A stretch of DNA of 63,216 nucleotides, the filler included, from Asterionella formosa (taxonomy: Eukaryota): assembly GCA_002256025.1 (NCBI GenBank). It is 19 parts of 19 records of this genome, joined end to end, with 100 filler letters (N's around TTAATTAATTAA, not from the genome) between each part and the next. Parts side by side here need not be neighbours in the genome. Positions count along the whole stretch, not along the records: positions 1 to 20,138 come from NKIB01003441.1; positions 20,239 to 21,483 come from NKIB01003445.1; positions 21,584 to 22,828 come from NKIB01003446.1; positions 22,929 to 24,173 come from NKIB01003447.1; positions 24,274 to 25,517 come from NKIB01003448.1; 14 more parts are not named here. One strand, 5' to 3'. The translations under genes were made by a program, and so were the position numbers. Each line of letters starts with the position of its first letter. The stretch's first letter is position 1. Below are positions 13,016-25,617 of the stretch, in pieces. The notes under the pieces were generated by a model that saw only the letters and a program-made list of their open reading frames with translations, was not told the DNA's origin and did not search any database.

Positions 13016-14441
13016 TTATTTTTGTACTTCCTCTCCCTTTGTATATTCTATCAATTTCGGAACCAAGAGTGAACCCACTATCAGCTGCAGTGGATGAATA
13101 AACATAATAGGGGCACAATATGCAGCCATGTTTGGATTTCCCTCAAAAATTGTGTTTACTAGTGGCAGACCAAAAGCCAAAGTCTTATGAGATGCACAAA
13201 ACATTGCTGCAACTGTTTCACCACGACTCAGACCCCAAAAAGGTTGTTGGAATACTTTGAATAGTATAGTCAATGATGCCATATGTATTGCTGGTAAAAT
13301 ACCTAAAAGTGCCAATGCATGTCTTGCTTCTAAGCCCATTCCCTTTGAGAAGGCATTGCAGAATGCATTCCACACAATCCCAAGGAGGATCAACTCTTGA
13401 AGCCGCTTGAATTTCTTTGAGTTCTTCTCGTACACATCTTTGGCTTTTGTCTTGCGAAGAACCTGTCCCAAGGCTATCAGTAGCAGATGTTAGCCAGCTA
13501 ATCAAAGAGGCAATCCAAGCAACATGTATTTTTCTTCTTACCAACAGGAAGTAATACTTTATTGCAGAGTTTGAGCACCATGTCAACAAAGGGAAGCTTG
13601 ATCGACGCTCCAAAGAATCGTAGAAGTAAAGCTGGTGTCAAAAAAATACCTCCAAGATTGCTGATCACGACATTGCACAAAGACGATGCAACATTACCAC
13701 CAGCAGCTGCTGTCAGGAAAATGCACATGTTGATGGTAGTAGGTAAACAAGTAAGAATGAGTAATCCATCAAGGAGGGCAGGAGGAAGGAAATAAGGGAA
13801 AAATGTAGCAAGAGCACTTTTCAAGGGAAGGCCAACAATGAAAGGCCATGCAGCAAACGTAACTAATTGCACGGCGAAATTCAGCTTAAAATTTGAAGCT
13901 GCTTCCTTCAGCTCCGACACCTCAAGCGATAGCCCCGACAACAGAAAAATACATGTCACACCAAACTTCCCGATGAAAAGGTCTGGTCTAAGAAGTCCGC
14001 CGTCTCTGCCTAACTACACCAAATGGAGACGCAGGGTGAGCGAATTTGTACGCAGGGAAGGAGACATCGAAACACGTCTTCGCAACTCACAGCAGGGAAG
14101 GCCCGGGCCATTGAAACAGCAACAACCATGCCGATCAGAAAGAAATTTTTATGAAGAAAAAAGCCGAATTTCGTTGCAAAACTAGATAGTTGGGCAGAAA
14201 ATGAAACGCTACTGCTGTTTCCCTCTTCTATGGCGCTGGGATTTTCACCTGCATTCACTGCATTCTTCATTCTCGCTTCTGCACGTCCAATCTCAACGGG
14301 ACGTGAGTTTGTCAAAGCGTGACGACTTCTCCCAGCGGACGCTGGTCCAGAGAACGCATGAAAATGAGAGGCTAGAAGAAGGAGAAGAAGTACCAACAGA
14401 GGTGATCTCCGCAGCCCGCATGGTGGTCCCGATGACAACAT
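13016..14441 (-). CDS. Plastid-targeted sodium/metabolite cotransporter (SBF-like, BASS4/SLC10A7 family), 3 exons (14441-14091, 14013-13542, 13473-13016)
   Basis: [43 protein letters not shown] introns of 77 and 68 bp restore one frame; signal peptide ending HAF. Confidence 0.88.
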
Positions 14442-14678
14442 TTGGCATCGAACGGTGTGGATCGGAGGCAGTCCTACCGGAATAAGTAGATAATAACGAG
14501 GAAGTTTTAAAATAAAAATATTTATTGGTCCAAGTTATGAAGAATGTTACCTACCAGGTACGGCATGTACATGCTATTGGTACCTGGTGCAAGTACTCAG
14601 AAGTGTGCCTATTCCTACAATGCGTTACTGAAATCAACAAGATATGTAAAACAGAAAATCTCCGTTGCATCATAGTGG

Positions 14679-14750
14679 GGGGGCGTAGCTCAGTGGTAGA
14701 GCGTCTGCTTCGCATGCTGAATGTCGGGGGTTCGATTCCCCTCGCCTCCA
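14679..14750 (+). tRNA. tRNA-Ala (anticodon CGC)
   Basis: Cloverleaf: acceptor GGGGGCG/CGCCTCC with G3:U70, D arm GCTC/GAGC, anticodon loop TTCGCAT, T loop TTCGATT, discriminator A. Confidence 0.93.
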
Positions 14751-14957
14751 AAATCAAGCCTAGGTTTTTTCTTTTGATGACTTTTTCTTCGTTGTGTCGG
14801 AACGAAGTCAGAAGTAATAAGGACTTAATCAATTATTTAATAGCATTCATTATTTTGCTTCCTTGCTCGAGAAAGCACAAGTTTGCTTTTTGTCACCTAG
14901 CTATCATAACTACTGGTTTCTTTACTGTTGCTTCCTTTCCCACTTACACCTGCAGAG

Positions 14958-15138
14958 AATATAAGTTAGCACTTTAAATTCATTCATAATACACATTAAA
15001 AAACATACACCATTTAGTCATATGTCACTGGGAAGGGGACTTGAGCAATATAAGTTAGCACTTTAAATTCATTCATAATATACATTAAAAAACATACACT
15101 ATATAGTCATATGTCACTGGGAAGGGGACTTGAGCAAT
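14958..15138. repeat. 89-bp tandem duplication, 2 near-identical copies
   Basis: AATATAAGTTAGCACTT...GGGGACTTGAGC at 14958 and 15047. Confidence 0.92.
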
Positions 15139-15643
15139 TAAACCCAGGTTGAGGACAACATTATCAACCCTGATACATGGATTGTTGGACTGAGCATTGA
15201 TGGAAAGGAGATATGTGTTGAAATGAAAACTTAGTATCAAACAGGTTAGAACGACTGGTGCAGTCTATACACAGTATTTACATATTATGGTATAGGAAAA
15301 TGCCGACTGGAATTTCTTAAAATTTGAGTTGTGACAAACAAGTGAGTAAACAAAATGAGGATAGGTTTGTGCCGACAGACAGGTCCAGTGGAAACCCATG
15401 GGAAAGGATTCGCCTGGGTTTAAACGTTGACATAAATTGTTCTTCGAAGACCGTGACACCCTATTAATACGAACTTTTTATTCATAACGATTCATGGACG
15501 AAACGAGATCCAGGCTACGGTCTGCATTTTACAGAACAACAAACCCTTTTCACAGTTTCAAGGAACCAAGAGCAACGCCTATAGTCTTCGGGAGTTTCAA
15601 AGCAAAACGAGGACATGATATTATGTTTGCTTACCAATTTGGA

Positions 15644-17026
15644 TCAAAAGTCGAGGGGTGCATTTCCATGACCGCTTGAGGAACAACTGCCGGTGGTTGC
15701 TGTCTTTCCTTTCGGCTTTCCAGCACCAGATCGTACAGCACCGCCACTGACACTTCCACCCGCGGCATAGTCTTCTGGTGGAATGTGCAACAATGGAACA
15801 TGCAACTTTCGTCGATCTCGCTTTAGACCGTACACATGTGCTGCCGCTCGTTTGTTGAGTGTCAAGTCGGCGAAGTGACCACCTCCATTTGCAGTAGCCG
15901 CCGTCACAGTAGAAACCTTGACCAAGTGAAGAAGACCGTGTAAATGTCGGAATTCCGGTGGTGGTGGGTACACGACACGAGAGGCAAACCCTTCTGATTG
16001 CATAACAACGTCACTGGTGCGTCGTAACGATGTTAATGCAGAGGCCGACGAGCATTTCCAAGCCTGGACAGTGACCAAGACAACCACAGGAAGTTCATGT
16101 TGTCGAATATAGGCTAGAAAAAGTGGCAATGCAACTGACATCGTTGCTGGGTTAATTTGGTAGAGTAGTAGCCGGATGACCCTGCCATTGAAAGTAGTTA
16201 GTTTGTTCATTGTAAGAGCAACCAAATGACAAAAGAGAGTCATACCACACGACCGATAGTCTCTACAGACTCCATTGCAGCAGGAAATAAGTTCAGATGA
16301 AGCCCTGTCAAGAATAGTATTTCTCTGCTCCTTCATTCTACCCGACAAATCAAAAGAATGACAAAACGATTCTGCCCCAGTTGTTCGCAACATCGAGGAT
16401 GACGAGATTCCGAGGCGCTCTTCTTGCACAGTCTTTCGATATTGCCAAGCAATCGCAAGGCCCTCTTCTGCACTCTCTTCTTCAGTTTCTTCTTCCAACA
16501 TTTCCAGAGGAATTCCTTTCCCTAGTTCAAATTGACTGAAACGAGCGTCCTCTTTGTCCCAATGCAGGTTTCTGGGTAAACTGTCCAATAAATCCTGGAT
16601 CTGTGCCTTGGAAGGACCAGAAGTTGAAGGCGGAACTGACTGTTCCTCGTTGAAAGTGAGAGAATCTAAGATACCTATGCTTACATCGTCGTCTTCAAAG
16701 TACGGGATGAGGAGCGTTTGCTGGTGCGAAACCCCCTAACAGGCGGAAATGGAAGTAAATGAGCTCGTGTCAAAAGCAGGGTTATCGTGACAAAATGGAC
16801 ATACCTCAGCACACCAATACTTGATCAAACACAATGCCAGATCACAAGTCCATCTATCCTCTTCCAGCAGCAAACATGTCCCAAGAGGATGACCACCACC
16901 CAAAATAGCGTCCAAATCCCGCAGACCAACCGAAGTCAATGAGATGCCACCAGTCCATGCTTTCGTCCCTCGTTGACCAGAAATAGGTGATGCCTCTTGA
17001 CGCTTGCGCCGAAAAGATGACGACAT
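15644..17026 (-). CDS. ELP4: Elongator complex protein 4, 2 exons (17026-16805, 16735-15644)
   Basis: GLRDLDAILGGGHPLGT.LLLEED, LAIAWQY, FCHSFDLS, LHIPPE; 69-bp GTATGT..TAG intron in frame. Confidence 0.88.
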
Positions 17027-17353
17027 GGCACTTGCCGATAGTTGCGCTTGGGCGAGAGTAATAATCACATCGTTGTGCTATCAATTATACATTTTTGGGA
17101 ATACCGTACAGTACCCCGCCGGTATACATTTTTATGATATTTAAAGGGGAGAGAAATTTCTGTGGCTGTAAAGTTTACCGGTACCGGTAGCCGCACCCCC
17201 CCCCCCAGTACCTGGTTGACTGCTGGTCAGTACTACATACTAGTACACCGGTAGGGAATCCGTCCCAGATACCGGGTACCGGTAGCTGGTTTCAGCGAGG
17301 TAGGGTACCTGGTACCTGGTACCTGGTACCAGGTAGTACATGTGAGACCAGTG

Positions 17354-17500
17354 TTAAGGTTCCTACATTTCAACCTTAAGGCAAAAATTAAAAAATTGCT
17401 TAGGGTTGCCGAAATTCCCTGGAACTAAGAATTTTTATGAGCTATTTTTGAATGACATGATTCCATTTGAAATATTCAAATCAGTGGAAATTTGCGCATA
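17354..17500 (+). repeat. Dispersed repeat, probable DNA-transposon terminus (copy 2)
   Basis: Aligns by eye with 164-310. Confidence 0.6.
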
Positions 17501-20138
17501 CATACATTGATTCCTTTTCGAATTCGCTAAATATATATATAAACATTCTGCATTGTTCAATGTATATATAGTAACCTATACCGGTAATACAACGATCAAC
17601 ATATATGTGGCATACAAGCTGGCAGCATGGCAAATTTTGTTGATGACTACCAGTAAGAAACAAACAAATGCAACAATCCACCATGAGCGAAATTACACAT
17701 CACAACGATGACAATGGCAACAATTAATTTAACTACAGTCATGACAGTTGTCCTACAACCTGTCAAGACCAGTTGATTGTAGAGTCGGCTGTGGAGGGAT
17801 ATGAGGATCGCATCTTTTGCAAATACTGAGATTTTGGTTGCCCCGAATGTCAGTGCCAATGGGATGAAGTCGAAGAGTTGGCAGAAAAGTTGAAGGTGAA
17901 TCCATTCTCAGCAGAGTGAAGGATGAAGACATTACGGCATCAAGAGCCCGCAATCTTCTATACAATCATTTAATCAGAATTTTCTGTGGTCCATTGGATA
18001 AGGTGTTTGGATGCAAGTTCCTGACTGTTGTTTGAAGGGAACAAGTACACAAACAAAGAGCACACTGGCTTCAAACCTGTTTCTAAACGCTCTAAATCTA
18101 GAAGTGATAAGTTTATTTGACTATTTTCATTCATTTTATTGTTAGCATCAATCTGAAATCTGAATCCTTTTTGGAAATTCGTTTCTATCCAAGGAAATCC
18201 CATGTATCCTGCAACCGTTGATTGTTGTGTCCTCTGAGAACTTTGTGTGGCAAGCGAAATACAAAGCATCTGTCTGACCTGTCAGAAAGTGATAGCTAAA
18301 CTTGAATCTGCAAGAAGCGATAACACCAAAGACAATGGTGAGATAACAAATAAGGAAATTGAAGCAAAAACTTTTCAATCAACAAACAGTTTATTTTGGG
18401 TTGTTATCATGAGGCGGGATTGGGATTTGGTGATGCAGACATCATTTTTTCTGCAATGAACTTACCGATTCCAATTGGTTACTGGTCAATGCAAAGAAAA
18501 GTTCTGTGCTGTTGAAGAGCTTGTTGGGAAAGCCCAACTGGAAACAACAGCTCTTGCGTTCGTCTACAAAAAAAAACTATCATATTTCCATGATGCATCA
18601 TAAGATTGTGATCATCTGATCATAATATTTCGTTATATCATAGAAAATAATTTTGATAAATGGCCTTGTAATTCAAATAGTAACCCTTTTGACTACATTT
18701 ATTTAATTATTATATGTATTGTTTCTATTAGATTCCTGTATTCGAATTTCTTGGTAGGATAATGTACCAGCTGAAGTAATGTGATTTGGCTCGTCATTTC
18801 CATCCATCATTACTCTGATTTTTGCAACAACAACGAAATTCTAGCGATGACAAGTGGAATGATTGTTTGCAATAATGACGTCTTCAATTGTTGGTCATGT
18901 GATCATTACTATATCTTTGAGTAATCGTCATGTGCAGTGAAACTTTGTTCATAATCATTCAATTAAGAGTTTACAGAGAAGAAATCATTCGAACTAGAAA
19001 TGGTTCCGCAAACAGCGCACACTGTGAATCCGTTTCGTCGACCACCAGCATTACAATCTCGCCAATCATTCCGTAAACAAACACATTCTACTTGTTCTCG
19101 TTGACATTTTCAATTCTCACATGATACGACACTACATCTACTATTGAGATTCAGCATAGAAGGAGATACGAAAATGTAACAGACTACTGTCCACATAGCT
19201 ATAGTTATAGAGTGATTCTGATTACAATTTCTTTTTCATGTCGCTCGTTTCTGCATTTGGCATGCTGTACTTGTATTTACTATTGAACTTGTCCGCATCT
19301 TTGATACCATCAAGAGAGCGAAAGCAATTTGCTCTCTTCATTGTTGTTTGCTCCTGAAAAAGTCGGTGTCCGTGTCATCCTCATCAATAGAGGGACAAGT
19401 GTCCTTCATCATTGCGGTTTGCCGCTGGAAAAATTGGTACCCGTGGTGTCGTCATTCGCTCGTTGGAACCACTGTCCGTTGCCTCAAACCTGATTAGAGT
19501 GTGTGTGAATGTGCACTGTCGACTTGTTTACATTACAGGAGTGGCTTAGCTACTAAAGTGTGTGTTATAATATCATACTCCGTAGTATGATGCAGAATAC
19601 TACAGTTCCCAATCATCTCGTCATGATTGATAAGATGATAATGCGATATCATGATAGGTTTACATCGATGCATACATCACCAAAGCATGATACGTAAAAT
19701 TGAATAAAGTATATCACATGCCTATGATATATTGATCATGGAACCATGATGTTTTCTTAAAATGTTTATGATCTAATTTTGATCAAAATATGATCATGTT
19801 AGAATAATACAATGACAATAAAATACAATAAAATATGTACGCAAGTGTTTTCGATACATCACAGAAAATAAATAAATAAATAAATCATAATTATGGTACT
19901 TAATATATAAATTCGACTTTTAATGTATTCAGTAAAAGACAACAGTTAATATGATAGTATTCTACGGTGGAAAGGATCTAAGTATACGGATGTGTTGATA
20001 TGCACATCACTATAATATGATTTGTGATATGGATTGATGCATATCACATACCGGTATCCTCCACAACCAGCCATCACGTTCATTGTCGTGTCGTTTTTCC
20101 TTGTTATTATATATGTATTGTGTAAACACTACGCTGGC

Positions 20139-20238
20139 NNNNNNNNNNNNNNNNNNNNNNNNNNNNNNNNNNNNNNNNNNNNTTAATTAATTAANNNNNN
20201 NNNNNNNNNNNNNNNNNNNNNNNNNNNNNNNNNNNNNN
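20139..20238. other. Artificial contig linker, first of 18 (others start at 21484, 22829, 24174, 25518, 26862, 28206, 29550, 30894, 32238, 52472, 53816, 55159, 56506, 57849, 59192, 60534, 61876)
   Basis: Identical 100-bp N44-TTAATTAATTAA-N44 with stops in six frames. Confidence 0.99.
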
Positions 20239-21950
20239 AAACTTCCCCAGGTAAGCACACCATTGTTTCCAGTTTCATATGCCAAAGTGCCCATCATTGT
20301 AAACTGACTATCATAATGCTCACTCACACCTTCATTGTTGTCATCTTCTTCCTCCTCGACAATTTTATATGAATTATGAATGAGATTACTGGGAAATAAC
20401 AAGGCAAAGCTGCCATCAGCATTCAAGAGTTGGGGTTTAGTAGGGCCACAATGGTCAGGTGTCAATGTAGACACCATGGTTGCAGTTGATGGCTGAAAGA
20501 GGGACGAACCAGAAGTAGTATACATACTAGTAGTACTAGACTTAACTTCTAGTTTAGCACTTTGTTTTAGTTCATTCTTCACTTGGTTAACAGATATCCA
20601 AGGGAAAATGCATTGCTTAGCTGATACTGTCCTAGAAATAGCACCATAAGGCATTTTTCCACCATTCTTAGCCTTCTTAGCTTATAGCTCCCTAATCACA
20701 TTGTTAAGACAAAACTGAACACTGACCAACTCTTCAGGAGACAATTTCTTTCGAGGCAAGGCATTGCCTTGTCGAGGCGCTTTCGAGGTCATGGTGTTGG
20801 TGTTGTGATGGGTGATGGGTGATGGGTGATTGTTGTATGTTTGCATTTAATTTTTGTACTCATAATTCGGGCGCACCAGGAATTCCTATTTGACGTTTTC
20901 CATTAATGAAATTATCTCTTTATTATGGCGCACGAGCGAAAGCGCAATGCCGTCGTAGTCATATTAAATAAATTTTAGAGGATACTAAATTAGTTTTCTA
21001 GAGGAGGAATATTCACATACCTGCATACGTATATAAAAGGTGATGCTTGCTCAATCGAGTAAACGTGAAAATATCCAATTTTCGCAATTTCACGTCGACA
21101 GCAACCTTTGGGCGATAATACCTAATTAACAATGTACACAATGCAACAATACAAGTACGGAAGTATTTACTCGCTATATAAATCTGAACAACTCGTTCGT
21201 GACAATAAATAGCGTATCTTGTAAACTAAGTTCAAACCGTGCGTTTACTCCGTTTAGCGGTGGCTTACAGTTCAAAAGTCGCCGTAGCGGTGGCTTACAG
21301 CTTTTAAGGTTCCTGCATTTGAACCCCTAGCTCGAGGTAGGGTTAAAAAAATTATATTAAGTCAGAGTAGTCAAACATAGACTTCTTACGAGTAAAACGT
21401 AAATGTATATCGCTAAACGGAGCTTTCACCAATACACACCCTTTCCACATGCTTAAATACAGTCATTTATCAAAGTAGGGGTANNNNNNNNNNNNNNNNN
21501 NNNNNNNNNNNNNNNNNNNNNNNNNNNTTAATTAATTAANNNNNNNNNNNNNNNNNNNNNNNNNNNNNNNNNNNNNNNNNNNNATTTAGACCGTTCAATT
21601 GCCGCAAGGGTTTTGGTAGCAAATTGTTTAAGCCCCTTTTTTGGTTGGGAGCTCTTCATGTGTACCGGTACATCATATGACAATAACAATATATCATATA
21701 TATATACAGAGTACCAGTAGCAGGTAGTAAGTGATATACTGGGGGTAGTCGGAGTAGTAAACTAGCAACAGAACACCATATGTACAGGACTGTTGCTACT
21801 GCAGTGGGACAGTAAATCATCATAGTTTTAGGATCATATGATCGTAAAACTAAAAACCAATAGAACACCATATGTAGGACCAGGCTGATGAGTTACTACC
21901 GGTACCAGGTAGTACGTCTACATCTTTTGTCAGCACCTTTAAGTAGCACT

Positions 21951-22082
21951 TATGGTTATGGTGGTACTATGTTTTTCCCTATTATTTTCTGTCGCAGCTC
22001 TGTAAAGGCTGCGATGTACGGTTATGGTGGTACTATGTTTTTCCCTATTATTTTCTGTCGCAGCTCCGTAGAGAGGCTGTGA
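21951..22082. repeat. 66-bp tandem duplication with a hairpin in each unit
   Basis: GGTTATGGTGGTACTATG...TCGCAGC-N9-GCTGCGA repeated at 21954 and 22020. Confidence 0.88.
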
Positions 22083-22657
22083 AAGTCAAAGCGCTGCCCC
22101 CCCCCCCACCCATTACTGTGCGTTGCAACGGCCCGCAACAGGGTGGCTGTGGTTATGGAGCAGGGGGTAGAACGCCACAACATGACGAAGTCCCAAGGAT
22201 CATGAATGGGAAGAAAACTTTGCTGCATTCTGGTGGTACCATTGGACTTGGGAAACAGCGAGGAAGGTTGTATCCCGCCGTATCAAACGGTTTCGAATAA
22301 GAGGAGTTGGAACGAAGAGATGTGACAAGAACTGCCCTGACACTTCTGTCCGACTTGGTCGATGGATGTCTCCCGCCTATTTGTGACTTCCTACGCAACA
22401 CAACAAAACTTGCCAAAACGACGAATCAAACGGGTTTCGAATATGAGGAGTGGTTGGAACGAAGAGACTTGTCATAAACATGACACTTCTGTCCGACTCA
22501 GTCGATGGAGCAAAAGAAACGACACCAGCGTCCGGTTATTTGCAAATGGCTGTACTTGATTAAAAACAAATAACCATTTTGTTAGTAACTATTTATGAGT
22601 AAATACAAATTCTTACTTCCATCTTTCCCCATAGGAATCAAGCAAAAACGAAACTAG

Positions 22658-22828
22658 TCCTGACGAGGAATACTGTATCGTCGATCCGGAAAGTGGGGAA
22701 CTCATTCGTCTCACAGTAGCCGAAAAGGAGCGTATCTTTCTGGACGCGCTTCAGTCCTACGATGCCACTGGAAGGCAAATGCTCAAGGATGACGAGTTTG
22801 ACCTATTGAAAGAAGATTTGCAATGGAA
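22658..22828 (+). pseudogene. PGRL1: PGRL1 gene fragment inside a repeat
   Basis: Translates PDEEYCIVDPESGELIRLTVAEKERIFLDALQSYDATGRQMLKDDEFDLLKEDLQW, matching the PGRL1 YC..E.E..FL.ALQS.Y..G...EFD.LKE.L.W region. Confidence 0.8.
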
Positions 22829-22928
22829 NNNNNNNNNNNNNNNNNNNNNNNNNNNNNNNNNNNNNNNNNNNNTTAATTAATTAANNNNNNNNNNNNNNNN
22901 NNNNNNNNNNNNNNNNNNNNNNNNNNNN

Positions 22929-23090
22929 CTTCTTCCTGCAAGTTAGTCTCAAAGAATCGTCTTGACTTGGCGTCGTAAGCGATTTCTCTCGTTCCGCTCG
23001 TAATGGTGATCTTTTCGTCGCTTCCTTCTTCGGCCATTAAAAGTGGACCAGCAACGGCCACACGACCAGCTGTTGTCGTTGTCTTCCTTA
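22929..23090 (-). pseudogene. PGRL1: PGRL1 N-terminal fragment (transit-peptide end and mature start)
   Basis: Near-identical to 59512-59670 and 28780-28884, where it runs into the PGRL1 motif. Confidence 0.72.
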
Positions 23091-23254
23091 AAGTTCGATG
23101 ATCTTAAATTCATTTACCGGTACTGTCCCGCTGTAGTAGCAGCAGTCATAGACATATGTATATGGTGTTCTATTTATACAATCCTAAAACTATGATGACT
23201 TACTATGGTGTTCTATTGCTTGCTTATTACTCCGACTACCGGTACCGCTTTTCA

Positions 23255-23613
23255 GTTTCACGATCATACAATCCTAAAGCTATGATGATTTGCTGTCCCA
23301 CTGTAATTGCAACAAACATGAACATATGGTGTTCTATTTGTTTTTAGTTTTACGATTATACAATCCTAAAACTATGATGATTTACTGTCCCACTGTAATT
23401 GCAACAGTCATGAACATATGGTGTTCTATTTGTTTTTAGTTTTATGATCATACGATCCTAAAACTATGATGAATTACTGTCCCAATATAATTGCAACAGT
23501 CATGAACATATGGTGTTCTTTTGGTTTTTAGTTTTATGATCATACGATCCTAAAATTATGATGATTTACTATCCCACTGCAGTAGCAACAGTCCTGAACA
23601 TATGGTGTTCTGT
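23255..23613. repeat. 92-bp minisatellite, ~4 copies
   Basis: TATGATGA recurs at 23281, 23373, 23465, 23557; reverse-complement copies at 21770-21875 and 59292-59450. Confidence 0.92.
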
Positions 23614-25517
23614 TGCTAGTTTACTACTCCGACTACCCCAAGTATATCACTTACTACCTGCTACTGGTACTGTGTATATATATATATGATATATTGTTAT
23701 TGTCATATGATGTGCTGGTACACATGAAGAGCTCCCGACCAAAATAGGGGCTTAAAGAATTTGCTACCAAAACCCTGGCGGCTATTTAACGGTCTAAATA
23801 ATTAGTTTCAACGGACGTAGAAAATATCGATGCAAACAAATTTCAGAAACAATTCCGGTACACGTAGTCATGGAAAACAATGGACTTATAGTGCATTGAG
23901 TATTTTCGAATTATGTATATGCGAGTATGATCATCTCAACCATATCAGATGTTCCATATCGAGAGCGCCTTTGAATTTTATAAATGTATAACACTTAATA
24001 TATATATATATTTACAAATTTTATTTCTACATCCATGGCATATATTTTTTTGAAATCGTTCTGTCATGTTAACAAACAATGCCTGCTGCTTCATGAAAAG
24101 ATACGTCGTAGTAAAGCACATTAAAAGAAAAGAAAATTTTCGCAATACATAACGAAAAACATTGTGACTTCGANNNNNNNNNNNNNNNNNNNNNNNNNNN
24201 NNNNNNNNNNNNNNNNNTTAATTAATTAANNNNNNNNNNNNNNNNNNNNNNNNNNNNNNNNNNNNNNNNNNNNCTAATCTCACTACCGCCAGTATATCAC
24301 TTCCTACCTGCTGCTGGTACTCTGTATACTATATATGATAAAATGTTATTGGCATATGATGTACAGGTACACATGAAGAACTCCCGCCCAAAAAAGGGGC
24401 GTAAACAATTTGCTACGAAAATCCTTGCCTATGAAATATATACAAATGGGTTATGATATACACCAATTGAATGGTCTAAATAATTAGTTCCAATGGACGT
24501 AGAAAATATTGAAGCAAACAAATTTCAGAAACAGTACCGGTACACGAAGTCGTGGAAAACAATGGACAAATCATGCATTGAATATTTTCGAATTATTTAT
24601 ATGCGAATATGATCGTCTCGACAATACCAGACGTTCCATATTGAGAGTGCCTTTGATTTTCATAAATGTACGACACTTGTTGTTATATTTATTTATTTCC
24701 AAGTTTTATAGCTATATACGTTGCAAATATATTTGAAATCGTGCGTTCTGTTCTGTTAACAAAATATGCCTGCTTCATGAAAAGAAATATTGTAATAAAG
24801 CACATGACAAGAAAAAAAGGAAAGTTAACGCAATAACAAAAAACATTGTGGCTTCGACACATTGCGCCTTCGAAGAATGGAGTATGTTTAAGGTAATGAA
24901 GCCATCAATGTGGTACTTGGATGTTAAGCGTTGGGAGGCAGGACAACAACAACTTGTAAACTAAACGCACATTTCCTGTTTTCTCAGTTGAATCAACAGC
25001 TCGTTTCGCTTATTGGGGACCACCAATGTAAAACAAAACAAAATTGCTAAGTGCTCTTGTCATTGGACCTATTCACTTCTGATGGAACATAACTGACGGA
25101 AACGCAACTTCACCTCCTCTCAAAGTTAAGCTAACGAAAATGAATCGGTAAGTTTTATTCGGCAACATTGGAAACCTGAAACTTACTTATTCAAGAATTT
25201 ACTGACATTTTACTATTACAGACTTATGCATCGCTCACTTGCTTTGATTTGGCTGTGGTAAGTGAAGCGATCAAGAGGATACAATGGAATGGCGTGATCT
25301 TTGTCAGTGTAACATGTCTAGCTAACAAGTCGTTCCTTCTCATTGTTACTGTAACTGCATAGAACAATAAAACCGATCAAACGGAATAGCCGGCGAGTTC
25401 AGAATGACACTAACAGCAGGGAGAGAGACGCAACTTTAGTAAGGCATTGCTTGGCACAAGATTCAGAATAGAGGAAGAAAAGGGCGCGACAGGAGTATTC
25501 ATTGAGACAAGTGGAGA
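23614..25517. repeat. Body of a multi-copy interspersed repeat family (spans two contigs)
   Basis: 23620-24173 ~ 24290-24860 ~ 28885-29350 ~ reverse complement of 21584-21770; 24985-25517 ~ reverse complement of 26330-26861. Confidence 0.85.
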
Positions 25518-25617
25518 NNNNNNNNNNNNNNNNNNNNNNNNNNNNNNNNNNNNNNNNNNNNTTAATTAATTAANNNNNNNNNNNNNNNNNNNNNNNNNNN
25601 NNNNNNNNNNNNNNNNN

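Noticed and set aside
14525..14977. ORFs of 150 aa (+) and 93 aa (-)
   Set aside because: They overlap the tRNA-Ala gene and show no protein motifs
18900..19170. Cys-rich minus-strand stretch resembling a zinc finger
   Set aside because: Interrupted by stops and not assignable to a family
20127..20138. CACTA near the end of contig 1 and TAGTG at its start as CACTA transposon termini
   Set aside because: Five-base matches at contig edges with nothing further to test
20183..20194. TTAATTAATTAA recurring every ~1344 bp, resembling a regular array
   Set aside because: Always centred in N runs; an artificial six-frame-stop linker
22651..22660. CTAG-T at the X1/PGRL1 junction as a Helitron 3' end
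   Set aside because: No convincing GC-rich hairpin upstream, target is not A|T, and the same CTAG lies inside the oxygenase ORF at 59937
23255..23613. 92-bp array as a CRISPR array
   Set aside because: Whole units repeat with no unique spacers, no cas genes, eukaryotic context
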